Below, in pieces: positions 44,003-54,625 of a stretch of 64,000 nt of DNA. The notes beneath the pieces were generated by a model. The model was given only the letters and a program-made list of their open reading frames with translations, did not search any database and was not told where the DNA came from. The stretch's first letter is position 1. Each line of letters opens with the position of its first letter. The stretch spans positions 1-64,000 of IMG/VR virus record IMGVR_UViG_3300032296_002019; one strand, given 5' to 3'. Made by a program: the position numbers and the translations under genes. The stretch comes from a virus.

Positions 44003-44635
44003 TCACTTAAATTTAAAACCTGTATTTTTTTCTATAAAGGATTTATTTACTTCATGAGATTTCAATCCTGTTCTATCTATTTTTGAATTATAAAAATGAA
44101 AGGCCATCCATTCTTTAGATTTTACTATGTAAATCACTTTCCAACAATCCGTAGGTACTGTCACTCCCCCTATTTTCTGTTTAGATCCCCATGAACCAGC
44201 CCACACTTTTACAGAATCATACTTCATAGACATTTCTCTAGTAAACTCTTCTAGATCCTTCCAATCTCCTCTATTCAAAGTAGGATGCTGTGGGGTCATG
44301 TTTGAAAAGAAAAAAGACTCCCTCATAGCTGTAGAATCACATCCTCCATCTGCTGCTGGAAAATTATGCCCTCTATCATACCCTGAGTTCAGGTAGTCCT
44401 TTTCCAAATTTGTATGTCGATACAATGTAGGATCTGGGACGAATTTATTGGTTCTAGGATACTTCTTTACGCAAGTTATATCTTTTTTTGTTACTACCCA
44501 ATAAACTTTTTTAGGGTACTTTAAAACGGTATCAAAATCAGCTTGATACCTTTTATGTTTTATTAAAACAGTGTGTTGAGATGCTGCCTGTAATACTAAA
44601 AATACTGCTAGAAAAAATAAAGTAAAGCGTTTCAT
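44003..44635 (-). CDS. secreted DNA/RNA non-specific endonuclease
   Basis: Signal peptide; GYDRGH..SNMTPQ..LNRGDWKDLE. Confidence 0.9.
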   Translation of the reverse strand: MKRFTLFFLAVFLVLQAASQHTVLIKHKRYQADFDTVLKYPKKVYWVVTKKDITCVKKYPRTNKFVPDPTLYRHTNLEKDYLNSGYDRGHNFPAADGGCDSTAMRESFFFSNMTPQHPTLNRGDWKDLEEFTREMSMKYDSVKVWAGSWGSKQKIGGVTVPTDCWKVIYIVKSKEWMAFHFYNSKIDRTGLKSHEVNKSFIEKNTGFKFK

Positions 44636-45369
44636 TATCTGTCTATTCTATAGTGGGTGAACAATCCTTCTCCGTGAGACACTACAAAGTTTTGTTCTTG
44701 CCACCATCCATCTATCTTTCCTTCCAAATCAACACCTTCCCCAGAGAAAGGGGATATCTTTTCTATGTAAAAATCCTTTTTATACATACAAGGGTTGTTA
44801 GTTTGGTTGGCGTATCTAGAGTTGCAGTAAAACAATCCAGTGTAATCATCCTTAAATATATATTCAGGAAAATCTTTTTCTGGGGTTTCTCTCCAATGTA
44901 CGCACTCAAATAAATGTTTGGGGCTGTCGAATTCGCGGTTCGCGAACTGCAAAGTGTATAGCGGCTCTCCTGGAACTCTTCTGCTTCTGTATTTTACTAC
45001 ATCCGCTTTATTAGATTCTATCATGTGCAGACCTCTAGTCAATTCGTCCAATACAGTAGGAAAGAAATCATCTATAATAATCCAATCATTTTCTAGTAAA
45101 AGTATATTATCTGTTTTAGAGTTAGTAGCTAAGGTAGTCAAGGCTCTTCCTATACCAATATTAGTAGCGGAGAGTATATAGTCAACCCCATAATTTTCAG
45201 CTATCTCCCTATCAACATTACTACCCTCCTGTGCAAAAAGACATACGTCGTTAACTAAGTCAAGCAGTCCCGATCTCTTGTACGTATTTAAAGTGTTATT
45301 AAGTGTATTGTATGACTTCCAAGTCAGTATTCCTACTGACAGATTAAGCTTGTTCATTTTTATAATCAT
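44635..45369 (-). CDS. glycosyltransferase (GT2-like)
   Basis: LSVGILTW, NIGIG, LLLENDW, TNNP; start may be 45357. Confidence 0.65.
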   Translation of the reverse strand: MIIKMNKLNLSVGILTWKSYNTLNNTLNTYKRSGLLDLVNDVCLFAQEGSNVDREIAENYGVDYILSATNIGIGRALTTLATNSKTDNILLLENDWIIIDDFFPTVLDELTRGLHMIESNKADVVKYRSRRVPGEPLYTLQFANREFDSPKHLFECVHWRETPEKDFPEYIFKDDYTGLFYCNSRYANQTNNPCMYKKDFYIEKISPFSGEGVDLEGKIDGWWQEQNFVVSHGEGLFTHYRIDR

Positions 45370-45943
45370 TTATAAAGTCTTCAAAGGAAATTACCCCCAA
45401 CATGCCATTCCTATGAGAAACATATGTATTCCAATCTAAGCTATCGATATCTTTAAACTCTGTTAGAGTCTGGGCACCTTTCTTTACTATTCCGCATCCC
45501 CAATCATGATCTACTACTTTTATGTCTAGATCCTCTCTTGTTCCTTTTAGTACAGCAATAGATTTCCATACATCACCAGTCCATGCTCCCCCATGATTAT
45601 CTCTGACTTGATCTTTCTCTATTGTAGGTAAACAATCATGTACTACTATAACCCCTCCCTCATTTAGATGATTTAAGGAATTTTCTATATCTTTTAACAC
45701 TTGTTCACTATGATGTAATCCATCTATAAAGATTATGTCAAACATTGTAGTATCATCTATAGACGCAAAATAAGAATCTGATGTGCCTATATAATCACAG
45801 TATCCAGTTGGAGCTGGGTCCACAGCGTATTTATACTCAGCGTTAATTTTTGCACAGTTACTATTGTACTCCTGAACTCCTACTTCTAAATATCTTTTGT
45901 AATTATTTTGATCTACTAGATAATTTATTATATCCCATCTCAT
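45344..45943 (-). CDS. class I SAM methyltransferase (Methyltransf_24)
   Basis: YLEVGV, VDP, FDIIFIDGLH, GGVIVVHD, WTGDVWK. Confidence 0.88.
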   Translation of the reverse strand: MRWDIINYLVDQNNYKRYLEVGVQEYNSNCAKINAEYKYAVDPAPTGYCDYIGTSDSYFASIDDTTMFDIIFIDGLHHSEQVLKDIENSLNHLNEGGVIVVHDCLPTIEKDQVRDNHGGAWTGDVWKSIAVLKGTREDLDIKVVDHDWGCGIVKKGAQTLTEFKDIDSLDWNTYVSHRNGMLGVISFEDFINDYKNEQA

Positions 45944-45946
45944 AAA

Positions 45947-46609
45947 TTATATTTTATATTTTTGATTGTAAAATTGCACGTCTCTAATTTTTATAGAATC
46001 AAATATTGAATCATCGGATGTTGCACTCATTTTAGTTTGTATAGAACATCCTAATCCGTAATTAACTCTACCTTTACTTACAGTTTGATGAAATATATAA
46101 TCATCTCCACACCATACCAACATATCCTCTGGTATTGGAATATAATTATTTTTATTCATTACCATTAAAATTCCAAACCCCCATGTTCTTTGATTTAAAA
46201 TAAAAAGAGCTAGTTCATCTATAACGAACTTTTCTGGTTTTTCTACTTGAGATATATAAGGCTGGAAGGCTCCTACTATTCCCATATTATCTAAATCAAG
46301 TTGTGCCAGTCCCCAGAACAAATTACTCGGTATAGTTATGTCATCATTTAGAATAGCTATATAATCTTGAGTAGCCATGCTAACTCCAAGATTCCATGAT
46401 GGATTCACATATAGATTTTTATTTTCTTTGTGTACCCTAAGCTTTGGATTGTCTACAACAAAATCAGAATAAGTTTTACTTTTATCAGTGTTATCTATAA
46501 GAATAACTTCATGTATATGAATATCTTGATATAATATATCTAGAAGTGTATTTAGAATGTCGGGTCTTCTAAATAGAGTTGGGATAATTATAGAGAATTT
46601 TCTTTCCAT
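45947..46609 (-). CDS. glycosyltransferase family 2
   Basis: SIIIPT, ILIDN, YVNPSWNLG, ILNDD, WCGDD. Confidence 0.85.
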   Translation of the reverse strand: MERKFSIIIPTLFRRPDILNTLLDILYQDIHIHEVILIDNTDKSKTYSDFVVDNPKLRVHKENKNLYVNPSWNLGVSMATQDYIAILNDDITIPSNLFWGLAQLDLDNMGIVGAFQPYISQVEKPEKFVIDELALFILNQRTWGFGILMVMNKNNYIPIPEDMLVWCGDDYIFHQTVSKGRVNYGLGCSIQTKMSATSDDSIFDSIKIRDVQFYNQKYKI

Positions 46610-47538
46610 TCAATATATTTTTCTAATATTCTCCCTACTCTTTTAATTTGAGTGTGATGCTCCATAGTTTTGTTATAACCATTTAAAGCTATCCGTTCTC
46701 TTTCTTCAGAACCTTCAGGACTTAGGTAATAGTTTATCTTAGATATGCACTCCCCCAAATTATCATAATAAACTATATCTTCTCCTTCAATAAACAAATC
46801 ATTTATTTTAGTATGTTCTGGTAACCTATCCGTAATCACTAATCTTCCGCAAGCCATTCCTTCAAACACTCTTCTAGTTATCTCCTTCCATCTACTGTTT
46901 TGAATAACTACTAATCCGCTATTTAAAAAATCTGAGTATTCGCTACCTACAAGTCCATTCTTGTTTATAAACTTGTGAGGCATTATGTTGCTTAGGTAGT
47001 CCATTAAATGAGACCCGCCATGTCCTCTAGTAGACCTGGCTTTAGGAAGATCATCAAATGGAGTAAACCCATCATAAGGCTTGTGTATTTTAGTATCAGC
47101 AAAATGAGTCCACCATAATACGTTACACCCTTTCTCTTTGTACTTAAGATAAGAATCATGAGCTGGAGTCAATATCAAATCAAACTTATGCGCTTTTACA
47201 GAGTTTCTTTCAAAGTTCTGAGGATCATCTCCGGACTCCATAACCCAAAAAGCATTTGGTATACTTTTTTTATCTAGAATTGGAGAATCAAATCTACCCC
47301 AGTCCATATAAATAACCATCTCTGGACAGAAAGTTCCTGATTTATTTTCTTCTATTAAGAGATGTATTCCTGAGTCTGTGTAGTTGTCATACATGTCAAA
47401 TAGAGAATATATCTTAACCTCACAACCTATTTCTTTAAATTGTTCTACTATTGACAATGGAGTATTCCACACATCAGTAGGTCTGTGAGCAAATATAAAA
47501 GCTACTCTGTTTAATATATTAGTACTCCCCATTTGCAC
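46588..47538 (-). CDS. CgeB/Glyco_trans_1_2-like glycosyltransferase
   Basis: GDDPQ..RRVFEGMACG..INYYL..ERERIA.NGY. Confidence 0.8.
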   Translation of the reverse strand: MQMGSTNILNRVAFIFAHRPTDVWNTPLSIVEQFKEIGCEVKIYSLFDMYDNYTDSGIHLLIEENKSGTFCPEMVIYMDWGRFDSPILDKKSIPNAFWVMESGDDPQNFERNSVKAHKFDLILTPAHDSYLKYKEKGCNVLWWTHFADTKIHKPYDGFTPFDDLPKARSTRGHGGSHLMDYLSNIMPHKFINKNGLVGSEYSDFLNSGLVVIQNSRWKEITRRVFEGMACGRLVITDRLPEHTKINDLFIEGEDIVYYDNLGECISKINYYLSPEGSEERERIALNGYNKTMEHHTQIKRVGRILEKYIEWKENSL

Positions 47539-48452
47539 TAAAGATTTAAAAAATAATTAAACTTCTGCATTACTGTCTCCGGTTTAAACTTTTCTACCAA
47601 TGGTTTTACATTGTAGTCCTTTTTTTCTATAGACAGTAATATATTGTACAATTCGTTTGGATTTTCATAATAAAACCCTTTATCTTTTAGAATGTACATT
47701 TGATTTTTATCTCTGCACTGTAAGTTAGTAACTACAGGTTTATTCTGATGCAGGAACTCAGACACAGCTAAACCAAAAGATTCTCCTTCTGATCTGCCAT
47801 GAATCATGGCATCACATGTATTTATGAAAGCTGTCTTAGTGTGCAAATCAGTTGTAGGCTCTATATAGACAATTCTAGGATGTTGGCATCTTAACATGTT
47901 AGTATTTAACAATAAGAACCAATATCCCTGTTCTGCCAACTTACAAAGTACATCTGCAAGATACGGTATATCAAATTGTGCGTTTCCTCCATGCCTTCCA
48001 AAAACTATAGCTTCTTTAGGGATTCCTATGTAATCTCTAAAATCTTCTTTTACATCAGGTAGAGTAACTATGTAAGGTAGAAAATCTATATTATGTCTAT
48101 TACCTAGCCACTCACTGATAGCTATGTATACGTCTCCATGTTTGTCAGATCCCTCAAACACAGCATGTACTATATTTTTTGAACGTGGAAATAATATGCC
48201 ATCATAATGTCCGGCTTTTTCTAGAAATGCAACATCTATTTTATAGTTTCCTACTTCACTAAAAGAATTGTATAGTATAACTCTATCTTGAAATCTATTC
48301 CTAAATTTATCTAAAGCAGCTAGATCTGAATTGGCAGGAGCAAATACATAAGATGTGTTTCCTAGTATAGCTTCATTATAATGTGCATAATCATACAAAG
48401 ATACTTCTGTCCCTCTTATTCCAAGTTGATTGGAATGAAATCCTACGTTCAT
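47538..48452 (-). CDS. GT-B glycosyltransferase
   Basis: RGTEVSLYDYA..FGRHGG..CDAMIHGRSEGESFGL. Confidence 0.8.
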   Translation of the reverse strand: MNVGFHSNQLGIRGTEVSLYDYAHYNEAILGNTSYVFAPANSDLAALDKFRNRFQDRVILYNSFSEVGNYKIDVAFLEKAGHYDGILFPRSKNIVHAVFEGSDKHGDVYIAISEWLGNRHNIDFLPYIVTLPDVKEDFRDYIGIPKEAIVFGRHGGNAQFDIPYLADVLCKLAEQGYWFLLLNTNMLRCQHPRIVYIEPTTDLHTKTAFINTCDAMIHGRSEGESFGLAVSEFLHQNKPVVTNLQCRDKNQMYILKDKGFYYENPNELYNILLSIEKKDYNVKPLVEKFKPETVMQKFNYFLNL

Positions 48453-49072
48453 ATAGTTTCGTATAAATTATTTTGAGCCTCCTGTCTTTTTATATCTTTA
48501 ATATGCAACAAACAATAATCTTCAGTTTCAAAAGGTAATAAACTATATACGTTGTGCCCTACTAATATTTCATGCACTTTATTTTGCCAGTATATCTCTG
48601 GTTTGTTTATTACTATTCTAGTTTGCGGATCTGGGTAGTTAACATATCCTTTATCATTTACACTCCATCCCCACCTATCTATATGTTGTTGAGTTAATCC
48701 TTGAACAACATTTATTCTTGGGACCGCAAACATCTCCACATCTTGATTATTATATAAGATTTCTTTTATAGTAAGAAGAAGATTCTCATGAACATTTTCA
48801 TCTGCATCTATAAAGAATATGTACTCTTTTGTACATTTAGACTTAGCGAAGTTTTTGTGTTTAGAAAAATCTCCTTCTAAATGATTGTAGTGTAATGACA
48901 CTCTATCTTTATACTCCTCAAGTATTTTTATTGTTGAAGGCTCATCAGAATAATCATCTACTATTACTATTTCATCTTCAGGTTGAATATGCTTTAACAA
49001 CCTTTCTAGTAAAGGTTTTATATATACTGCTCCTTCATTGTGAGTAGTTATACAATAAGATATGCTAACCAT
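48449..49072 (-). CDS. glycosyltransferase family 2
   Basis: ISYCITTHNE, VDDYS, FIDADE, VHE. Confidence 0.88.
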   Translation of the reverse strand: MVSISYCITTHNEGAVYIKPLLERLLKHIQPEDEIVIVDDYSDEPSTIKILEEYKDRVSLHYNHLEGDFSKHKNFAKSKCTKEYIFFIDADENVHENLLLTIKEILYNNQDVEMFAVPRINVVQGLTQQHIDRWGWSVNDKGYVNYPDPQTRIVINKPEIYWQNKVHEILVGHNVYSLLPFETEDYCLLHIKDIKRQEAQNNLYETI

Positions 49073-49073
49073 T

Positions 49074-49841
49074 TTATACTAATTTATAGAATTGTTTTAA
49101 TTGTTCGTTTGTATCAAAGGTATTAATTAAAGAAACATGTTTTTCATTATCTTTATTAAAACATATGCAATCTTCTTTTGGAAGAGGATTATCGTCCGAT
49201 GGTCTGTATACAATATAATTAAGAGATTTTAAAAGCTCTATTACTTTTTGGTCTTTCTCGATTTCCCTGTAGTTCTCAAGCATCATCCAGGGCTTACACC
49301 TATTCAAAGTGTCTAACATCCCAGTTAGAGCTTCTAGTTCATAATTTTGAACATCCATCTTTATGACGTCAATATCAAGACCTAAAGAGTCAAAAGGTAC
49401 TACTTTTATTTCCTCGTTACCTTCTTCTCCTTCTACAGCTATGCCTCTACCTCCATAGTTATCGGTACCATCTTTCTCTCTGTACTTGTCTAAGGAACAC
49501 ATTTTAACAGTAGAATTAGAATTGCCTAGTCCCAATCTGAACTGTTCTACCTTTCTTGTAGAATCGTTGTAAAGAATGTTAGTAGTTAGAATATTATATA
49601 TAAGTGCCTGGGGCTCAAACGCATACACTTTTTTAGAAAACTTAGCCAGTCCAATAGTATGAAATCCTATGTTAGCTCCTGCATCTAAAACTACATCTGT
49701 TTCTTTTAATAGTTTTGAATAGAGTTGATACATGTGTATCTCCCAAAACCCTAAAGTATTTATGTATCTGCCAATTAAGTCTTCTAAAATTACTACAAAA
49801 GATCCGTAACCTTTATCTGGAGTCTGCGCTAATGTTATCAT
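49074..49841 (-). CDS. FkbM family methyltransferase
   Basis: LDAGANIG, AFEPQ, IKMDVQNYE. Confidence 0.88.
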   Translation of the reverse strand: MITLAQTPDKGYGSFVVILEDLIGRYINTLGFWEIHMYQLYSKLLKETDVVLDAGANIGFHTIGLAKFSKKVYAFEPQALIYNILTTNILYNDSTRKVEQFRLGLGNSNSTVKMCSLDKYREKDGTDNYGGRGIAVEGEEGNEEIKVVPFDSLGLDIDVIKMDVQNYELEALTGMLDTLNRCKPWMMLENYREIEKDQKVIELLKSLNYIVYRPSDDNPLPKEDCICFNKDNEKHVSLINTFDTNEQLKQFYKLV

Positions 49842-50281
49842 ATTAGTTGTGCTGCTTCTAATGCTCTTGAGAAGTATTCTTTATCAAAATGAAGAACGTT
49901 TTTCATATCAGTTTTGTATTTGTGATATGTACCGTCTGGTTTCCTAAACCTTTCTTTTTCTTCTTCTTTTACTGGTACCTGGGGTGCAAACGCCCATTTC
50001 CAATCATCTTTTGATGTTCCGTCTGGAAATATCATCCCTATGCCTTCTTTAGTTATGGTGGTAGGATACCAAGTGAACCCATCAGAATCTACATACTTTA
50101 TATCTCTAAATAAATTAGGAATCATAGATTCATAAGAAGCCACAGCCTCTGTGTTGGCTAATAAGAGAGTATTGGTAGTGAATCCACATTGAAGACAATC
50201 CCAACTTATAATACCATCAGAATGTCTCTCATAACATAACGGGCTATTGCATTTTCTGCAACTTACTAATTGATCTTGCAT
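49838..50281 (-). CDS. zinc-ribbon protein
   Basis: CRKC..CLQCGF. Confidence 0.7.
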   Translation of the reverse strand: MQDQLVSCRKCNSPLCYERHSDGIISWDCLQCGFTTNTLLLANTEAVASYESMIPNLFRDIKYVDSDGFTWYPTTITKEGIGMIFPDGTSKDDWKWAFAPQVPVKEEEKERFRKPDGTYHKYKTDMKNVLHFDKEYFSRALEAAQLI

Positions 50282-50282
50282 T

Positions 50283-50693
50283 TTAATCTAATAATTGTTT
50301 TTTTGTATTTTCTGGAGTTGTCTGAGTTAATGTGCTATTTGTAAAGTAATATCCAAATCCTTCTGGGTAGTTCGTATAGTGCCAACATCCCATTTTATCA
50401 TTCCATACAGTGGCATTTATATGCGTAGTATTAGATCCACTAGTAATAGTAATAATAGGATTGTTTGTTACAGTTATAGATCCTGATAAAGGGAATTGAT
50501 CCTTAGCATTTTGTTGATACCAATCATCACAGTCATCTGGATCTTCTTCAAAATCAAGATCAAGATTAAGATCAGGGTCTTCCACTTCTTCCAGCACTTC
50601 CTTAAGTCTATCCCACTGTTTTGGAGTCGGATGAAATTCAGGACACGCTTCTGTAAAACCTTTTAACCATATTACAAAATCTCTTGGGCTCAT
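50283..50693 (-). CDS. hypothetical protein
   Basis: FVIWLKGF..PTPKQW motif. Confidence 0.7.
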   Translation of the reverse strand: MSPRDFVIWLKGFTEACPEFHPTPKQWDRLKEVLEEVEDPDLNLDLDFEEDPDDCDDWYQQNAKDQFPLSGSITVTNNPIITITSGSNTTHINATVWNDKMGCWHYTNYPEGFGYYFTNSTLTQTTPENTKKQLLD

Positions 50694-51964
50694 CCAGTTA
50701 TAGTTTTAAGTTTTGGGAGATTGAGAGTTTTAGGTAAGCTTATCTTTGGAACATTCTTTTCTAATATCTCAGACAACCTTTCTACCATTTTATCAAAACT
50801 ATATTGAGATCTTGATACATGTCCTTGTCTCTTTGCGTTATCTATGAACTTATTGTAGTTCTCATAAACATTCTTCAAAGTGTTTTCCACTGACTTACCG
50901 TCTGCCTTAAACCAACTTGCTTCTTTTAAAAGAAACTGATTGCTTGCAGATTGATGCAGCTTATCTACTTTACCTTCTACAAATACGTTAAACTCTTCTC
51001 TTAAGAAGTCCGTATGTCCACTAAATGGAGAGGTTATTATAGGCTTACTAGAAGCTGCTGAAAACTCCAGGTAAGGTCTTCCAAATCCTTCATTACCTAC
51101 TAAAGCAAATGCTTTTACTTTAGGATGGTTGTATAGCTCATTCATCTCTTCATCTGTAAGCTCTCCATATACTAAGTAAATGTTAGGAAGATCTCCATCA
51201 ACAGTCCTTCTAATATTATCTATTGCATCTAGTATGTACTCTTCTTCTATTATACTAAAGCCAGCCAAACTTGTTTTTAACAACAAAGCAGGTCTCTTAC
51301 TCTTATCTTTAAAAGCAGATAAGAAAGATTTTATAAGAGTAGTTAATTGTTTTCTATCTTCTCCTAACTCTCCGGTCAACCAATGACCGACTGATAAGAA
51401 ACAGAACTCTTCTTTAACTTCTGATAGATCAAACTTTGAGGTCTCTAACCTTTTGTATTTGTTTGTATCAACTCCTTCGAACAAAACTTCTATAGGTTTC
51501 TCTAATTTTAGAAGACCTAAACTTTGTTTTGTTTGATTATCGGTTTTCTCAAAAGAAGTTTGCTCAGCTACTTTCTTTACGAAATCAGAAGATACAATAT
51601 TGAAAGTCATTTTGTTCAAACCTTCCAAACACTCTGCTGGTAGAATGGTAGTTTCAACTAAAGCAGACACTCCTATATTGACTTTGCCTACTGGTTGAAA
51701 TTCATTAGATACAGTTACTTGTATCCATACATCAGGCTGTCTATTCAACCCTTCTGCTAAAATCCTATCTAATAGATCTAAATCTTCTGGGATTTCTCTA
51801 TCTAAGGCTCCGAAAGGACATTCTCCCCATTTCTGCGATAGGATTTTGATATCCCACTCTTCCCCTTTTAATTTAATTAAAGCTTTTACAAAATCTCTGG
51901 ACCTTGCTCCGTATCCGCTTACTGTGTCTATAGGACAAGAAACTACTGCTAATAATTTATTCAT
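50690..51964 (-). CDS. GT4-like glycosyltransferase
   Basis: SGYGARSRD..EGFGRPYLE..SGHTDF. Confidence 0.85.
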   Translation of the reverse strand: MNKLLAVVSCPIDTVSGYGARSRDFVKALIKLKGEEWDIKILSQKWGECPFGALDREIPEDLDLLDRILAEGLNRQPDVWIQVTVSNEFQPVGKVNIGVSALVETTILPAECLEGLNKMTFNIVSSDFVKKVAEQTSFEKTDNQTKQSLGLLKLEKPIEVLFEGVDTNKYKRLETSKFDLSEVKEEFCFLSVGHWLTGELGEDRKQLTTLIKSFLSAFKDKSKRPALLLKTSLAGFSIIEEEYILDAIDNIRRTVDGDLPNIYLVYGELTDEEMNELYNHPKVKAFALVGNEGFGRPYLEFSAASSKPIITSPFSGHTDFLREEFNVFVEGKVDKLHQSASNQFLLKEASWFKADGKSVENTLKNVYENYNKFIDNAKRQGHVSRSQYSFDKMVERLSEILEKNVPKISLPKTLNLPKLKTITG

Positions 51965-51973
51965 AACGTATTA

Positions 51974-53404
51974 TTACAAAGATATATAATGTTTTAATGT
52001 TTTTAAAGGCCTTTCTTCTATTTTTCTAATCTTGTATTTTTTCTTAGGTTTAAAAACTTCCAGAGTTTCATTTACTGTATCTATAAAAGTATTTGACATA
52101 GCTTCAGCTGTCATCATAGATTCTTTAGATGTAACCCACTCTCTTCCTAACCCACCTCTTCTATCTCTCTCATCTTGTCCTAAATTATACACATCTAAGA
52201 TAGCTTTAGCGACATCTCTAAAATCAGCTCTGTCATCTGATATATAAGGGGTGGGAGGAGATCCTTGAATGCTTATACCAGATGGGAATACAGGAATGGC
52301 CCAATCTCCACATTTCTTATGTCTTCCTAAATGGTTAGTGCAGAAAGACTCATCAAATTTAATCCACTCTCCATTCTCATCCTCAAATCTCATTTGATCT
52401 TGCATACCCCCTGTTACAGTAGCTATGATCATTTTTCCACACATCATAGATTCTGTTAATGATAATCCCCATCCTTCGTTAGAAGATACCAGAATTGTAG
52501 CATCAATAGAATTGTACAGCAGGTTCATCTTTTCCGCACTAAGACCTAAATTAGAAAATATAACCTGATTTTTTCTTTCTCCTAAGAACAATTCTATTAC
52601 TACTGGTAGATCTGTTCCGTTATCATCTACTTTATGAGTATGCAATACTAAACAGCATTTATCTGCTTTTTCTTTAGGGAGCTTATCTAAGAAGAACCTA
52701 AAAGCTAAAATAGTATCCGGTATAGATTTTCTTCTTATGTTCCTACTATTGAAAAATAAAACAAAATCATAATCTTTCTTTCCAAGAAGTTCAGATCTAA
52801 ATTCTTTTACTCTATCGTCATTTTTATCTATAGGGAAAAAGATATTATGATTTATACCATGAGGAAAATACTTAATAATTTTCTCATCAGCATAATCTCC
52901 CAAAACTACCTTGTTAAGTATTTCTGTTTGTTTTGAGATAGCTAAAAGAGTATCACAAGATCTATAGAAATTTTTATTGTATAAAGGAGCTGGTTCACAA
53001 TCCCAGATGTTTATATAAATCATTGGAATTTTTTGCCTTATCTCATGCTCTATTCTAAACAACCAATCATAATATCTTGGATCTGTTATAAAAACTATAG
53101 CATCTGGATTCTCTAACTGTAGTAGGTACCTTATCATAGCTGGATTGCCATATCCGTTAGTTGGATACAATACTACGGAGGAATCAGGAATACCTGCTAT
53201 TTCATTTGTCGATTGGGACAAATCCATCCTTGTATTCTTTTCTGGATGTTCTATAGCCCCTCCTATACAAACGTAGTTAAATACATGTGAAGTTCCTAAT
53301 ACTATCTCCCTAGATACTGTAGCAATCCCTGAAAAAAACCTGATGTCATCTCCTATGAAAAGGATCTTTTTTCTGTCTTCTCTTTTTATATAACCTGGCT
53401 TCAT
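51974..53404 (-). CDS. GT4-like glycosyltransferase
   Basis: RNIRRK..NEGWGLSLTESM..TGGMQDQ. Confidence 0.88.
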   Translation of the reverse strand: MKPGYIKREDRKKILFIGDDIRFFSGIATVSREIVLGTSHVFNYVCIGGAIEHPEKNTRMDLSQSTNEIAGIPDSSVVLYPTNGYGNPAMIRYLLQLENPDAIVFITDPRYYDWLFRIEHEIRQKIPMIYINIWDCEPAPLYNKNFYRSCDTLLAISKQTEILNKVVLGDYADEKIIKYFPHGINHNIFFPIDKNDDRVKEFRSELLGKKDYDFVLFFNSRNIRRKSIPDTILAFRFFLDKLPKEKADKCCLVLHTHKVDDNGTDLPVVIELFLGERKNQVIFSNLGLSAEKMNLLYNSIDATILVSSNEGWGLSLTESMMCGKMIIATVTGGMQDQMRFEDENGEWIKFDESFCTNHLGRHKKCGDWAIPVFPSGISIQGSPPTPYISDDRADFRDVAKAILDVYNLGQDERDRRGGLGREWVTSKESMMTAEAMSNTFIDTVNETLEVFKPKKKYKIRKIEERPLKTLKHYISL

Positions 53405-53427
53405 TGTAACGATTTGTTTTTTATTTT

Positions 53428-53622
53428 TTAAAGACTTCCGCTTGTTGCTAGTTTATTGTAAGTCAACATTTTAACTTGAAATTCCGGATCCGTAAGATAT
53501 AAGTGGATGGTTCTGTTTACAAATTTCTGTAATGATAACCCTGTCCTAGCACTTTCTACCTTGAAATTTTCAGATAGATCTTTGTGTATTTTAACACTTG
53601 TCAATTTTAATTTATCTTTCAT
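53428..53622 (-). CDS. ribbon-helix-helix-like protein
   Basis: LTSVKIH..FK..SLQKFVNRTI; start ATG 53622, after TATTTATA. Confidence 0.65.
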   Translation of the reverse strand: MKDKLKLTSVKIHKDLSENFKVESARTGLSLQKFVNRTIHLYLTDPEFQVKMLTYNKLATSGSL

Positions 53623-53680
53623 ACTATAAATAATATATAATTTGTATATATAAATATACAGTATTTGGGAAAAAATAAGA

Positions 53681-54625
53681 TTAAATAGTATTTTTTTTAT
53701 CACAAAGATCGGGTCTATCTTTAAAAGGACAGAACCTACAGTTATTATTTGAAAATACTTTTGTATGGATCTTTTCTTTGGCAGTACCGTCTACATTAAA
53801 ACATTCTTTTATAAAGTTAATTAGACGTTGTTCTGCTTGATGCACCTTACTTTTTCCATTAGCAGGCTCATGAACTTGGATTCTAGACTGAGGGAAGTCC
53901 GCATTTTCATACAGCTTTCTCTTCAATATCCTAAATCTAGGAACAATCTTGGACTCATCCACTCCAAACTGTTTAGAAAAAAACTTTTTATATAAGAGAA
54001 TCTGAGATTGTTTAATCTCATCTTTCTTCTCGTAATCCTTCCAGCCTTTAGTAGATGTCTTAAAATCTTCTATAAAAATAGTCCCTTCAGTTTTATCTTT
54101 TAAAACTAAGTCCACATATCCCTGGAATAAAAATACATCTTCTGTATCTCTTATTTCTGTTAAAATAGGGATTTCCATGCCCAATAACTCAAGATCTCTG
54201 GTAGAGAAGTATGCTACTCTTTTCTTCTTAAAATGATCTAGGATTTGAATTCCGTCTTCATAGAACTCTGCCATCTCTTCTTTAGTAGAAAAATGGTTTC
54301 CTCCATTATTAGAAACTTCTTTAACGTACTCATCTCTGAATACCTTCTCAAAATGTTTCTCCATATCAAAAGCATCTGAAGCTTTTACAGATTCTTTGAA
54401 TAGGATTTCCAGGTACTTCTGTAGGGTCTCATGTATGGCGGTTCCAAAAACAGTATTTATACTTGCTGTAAATAAGTAATTACCCTTAGCATAAGTCATA
54501 TACCATCTATGAGGACAAGACTCATAAACAGAGTATTGAGAGAAGGATATTTGTTTTTGCCCTTCTCTCTTTTCTTTTCTTATCTTAGGAGATATACTTT
54601 CTGATAAAGCGATTGCTTCTTTCAT
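53681..54625 (-). CDS. PD-(D/E)XK nuclease (RecB/Cas4-like)
   Basis: SFSQ..CP..GTAIHE..E..GYVDL..DFKT..Q..LY..CRFCPF..C. Confidence 0.88.
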   Translation of the reverse strand: MKEAIALSESISPKIRKEKREGQKQISFSQYSVYESCPHRWYMTYAKGNYLFTASINTVFGTAIHETLQKYLEILFKESVKASDAFDMEKHFEKVFRDEYVKEVSNNGGNHFSTKEEMAEFYEDGIQILDHFKKKRVAYFSTRDLELLGMEIPILTEIRDTEDVFLFQGYVDLVLKDKTEGTIFIEDFKTSTKGWKDYEKKDEIKQSQILLYKKFFSKQFGVDESKIVPRFRILKRKLYENADFPQSRIQVHEPANGKSKVHQAEQRLINFIKECFNVDGTAKEKIHTKVFSNNNCRFCPFKDRPDLCDKKNTI

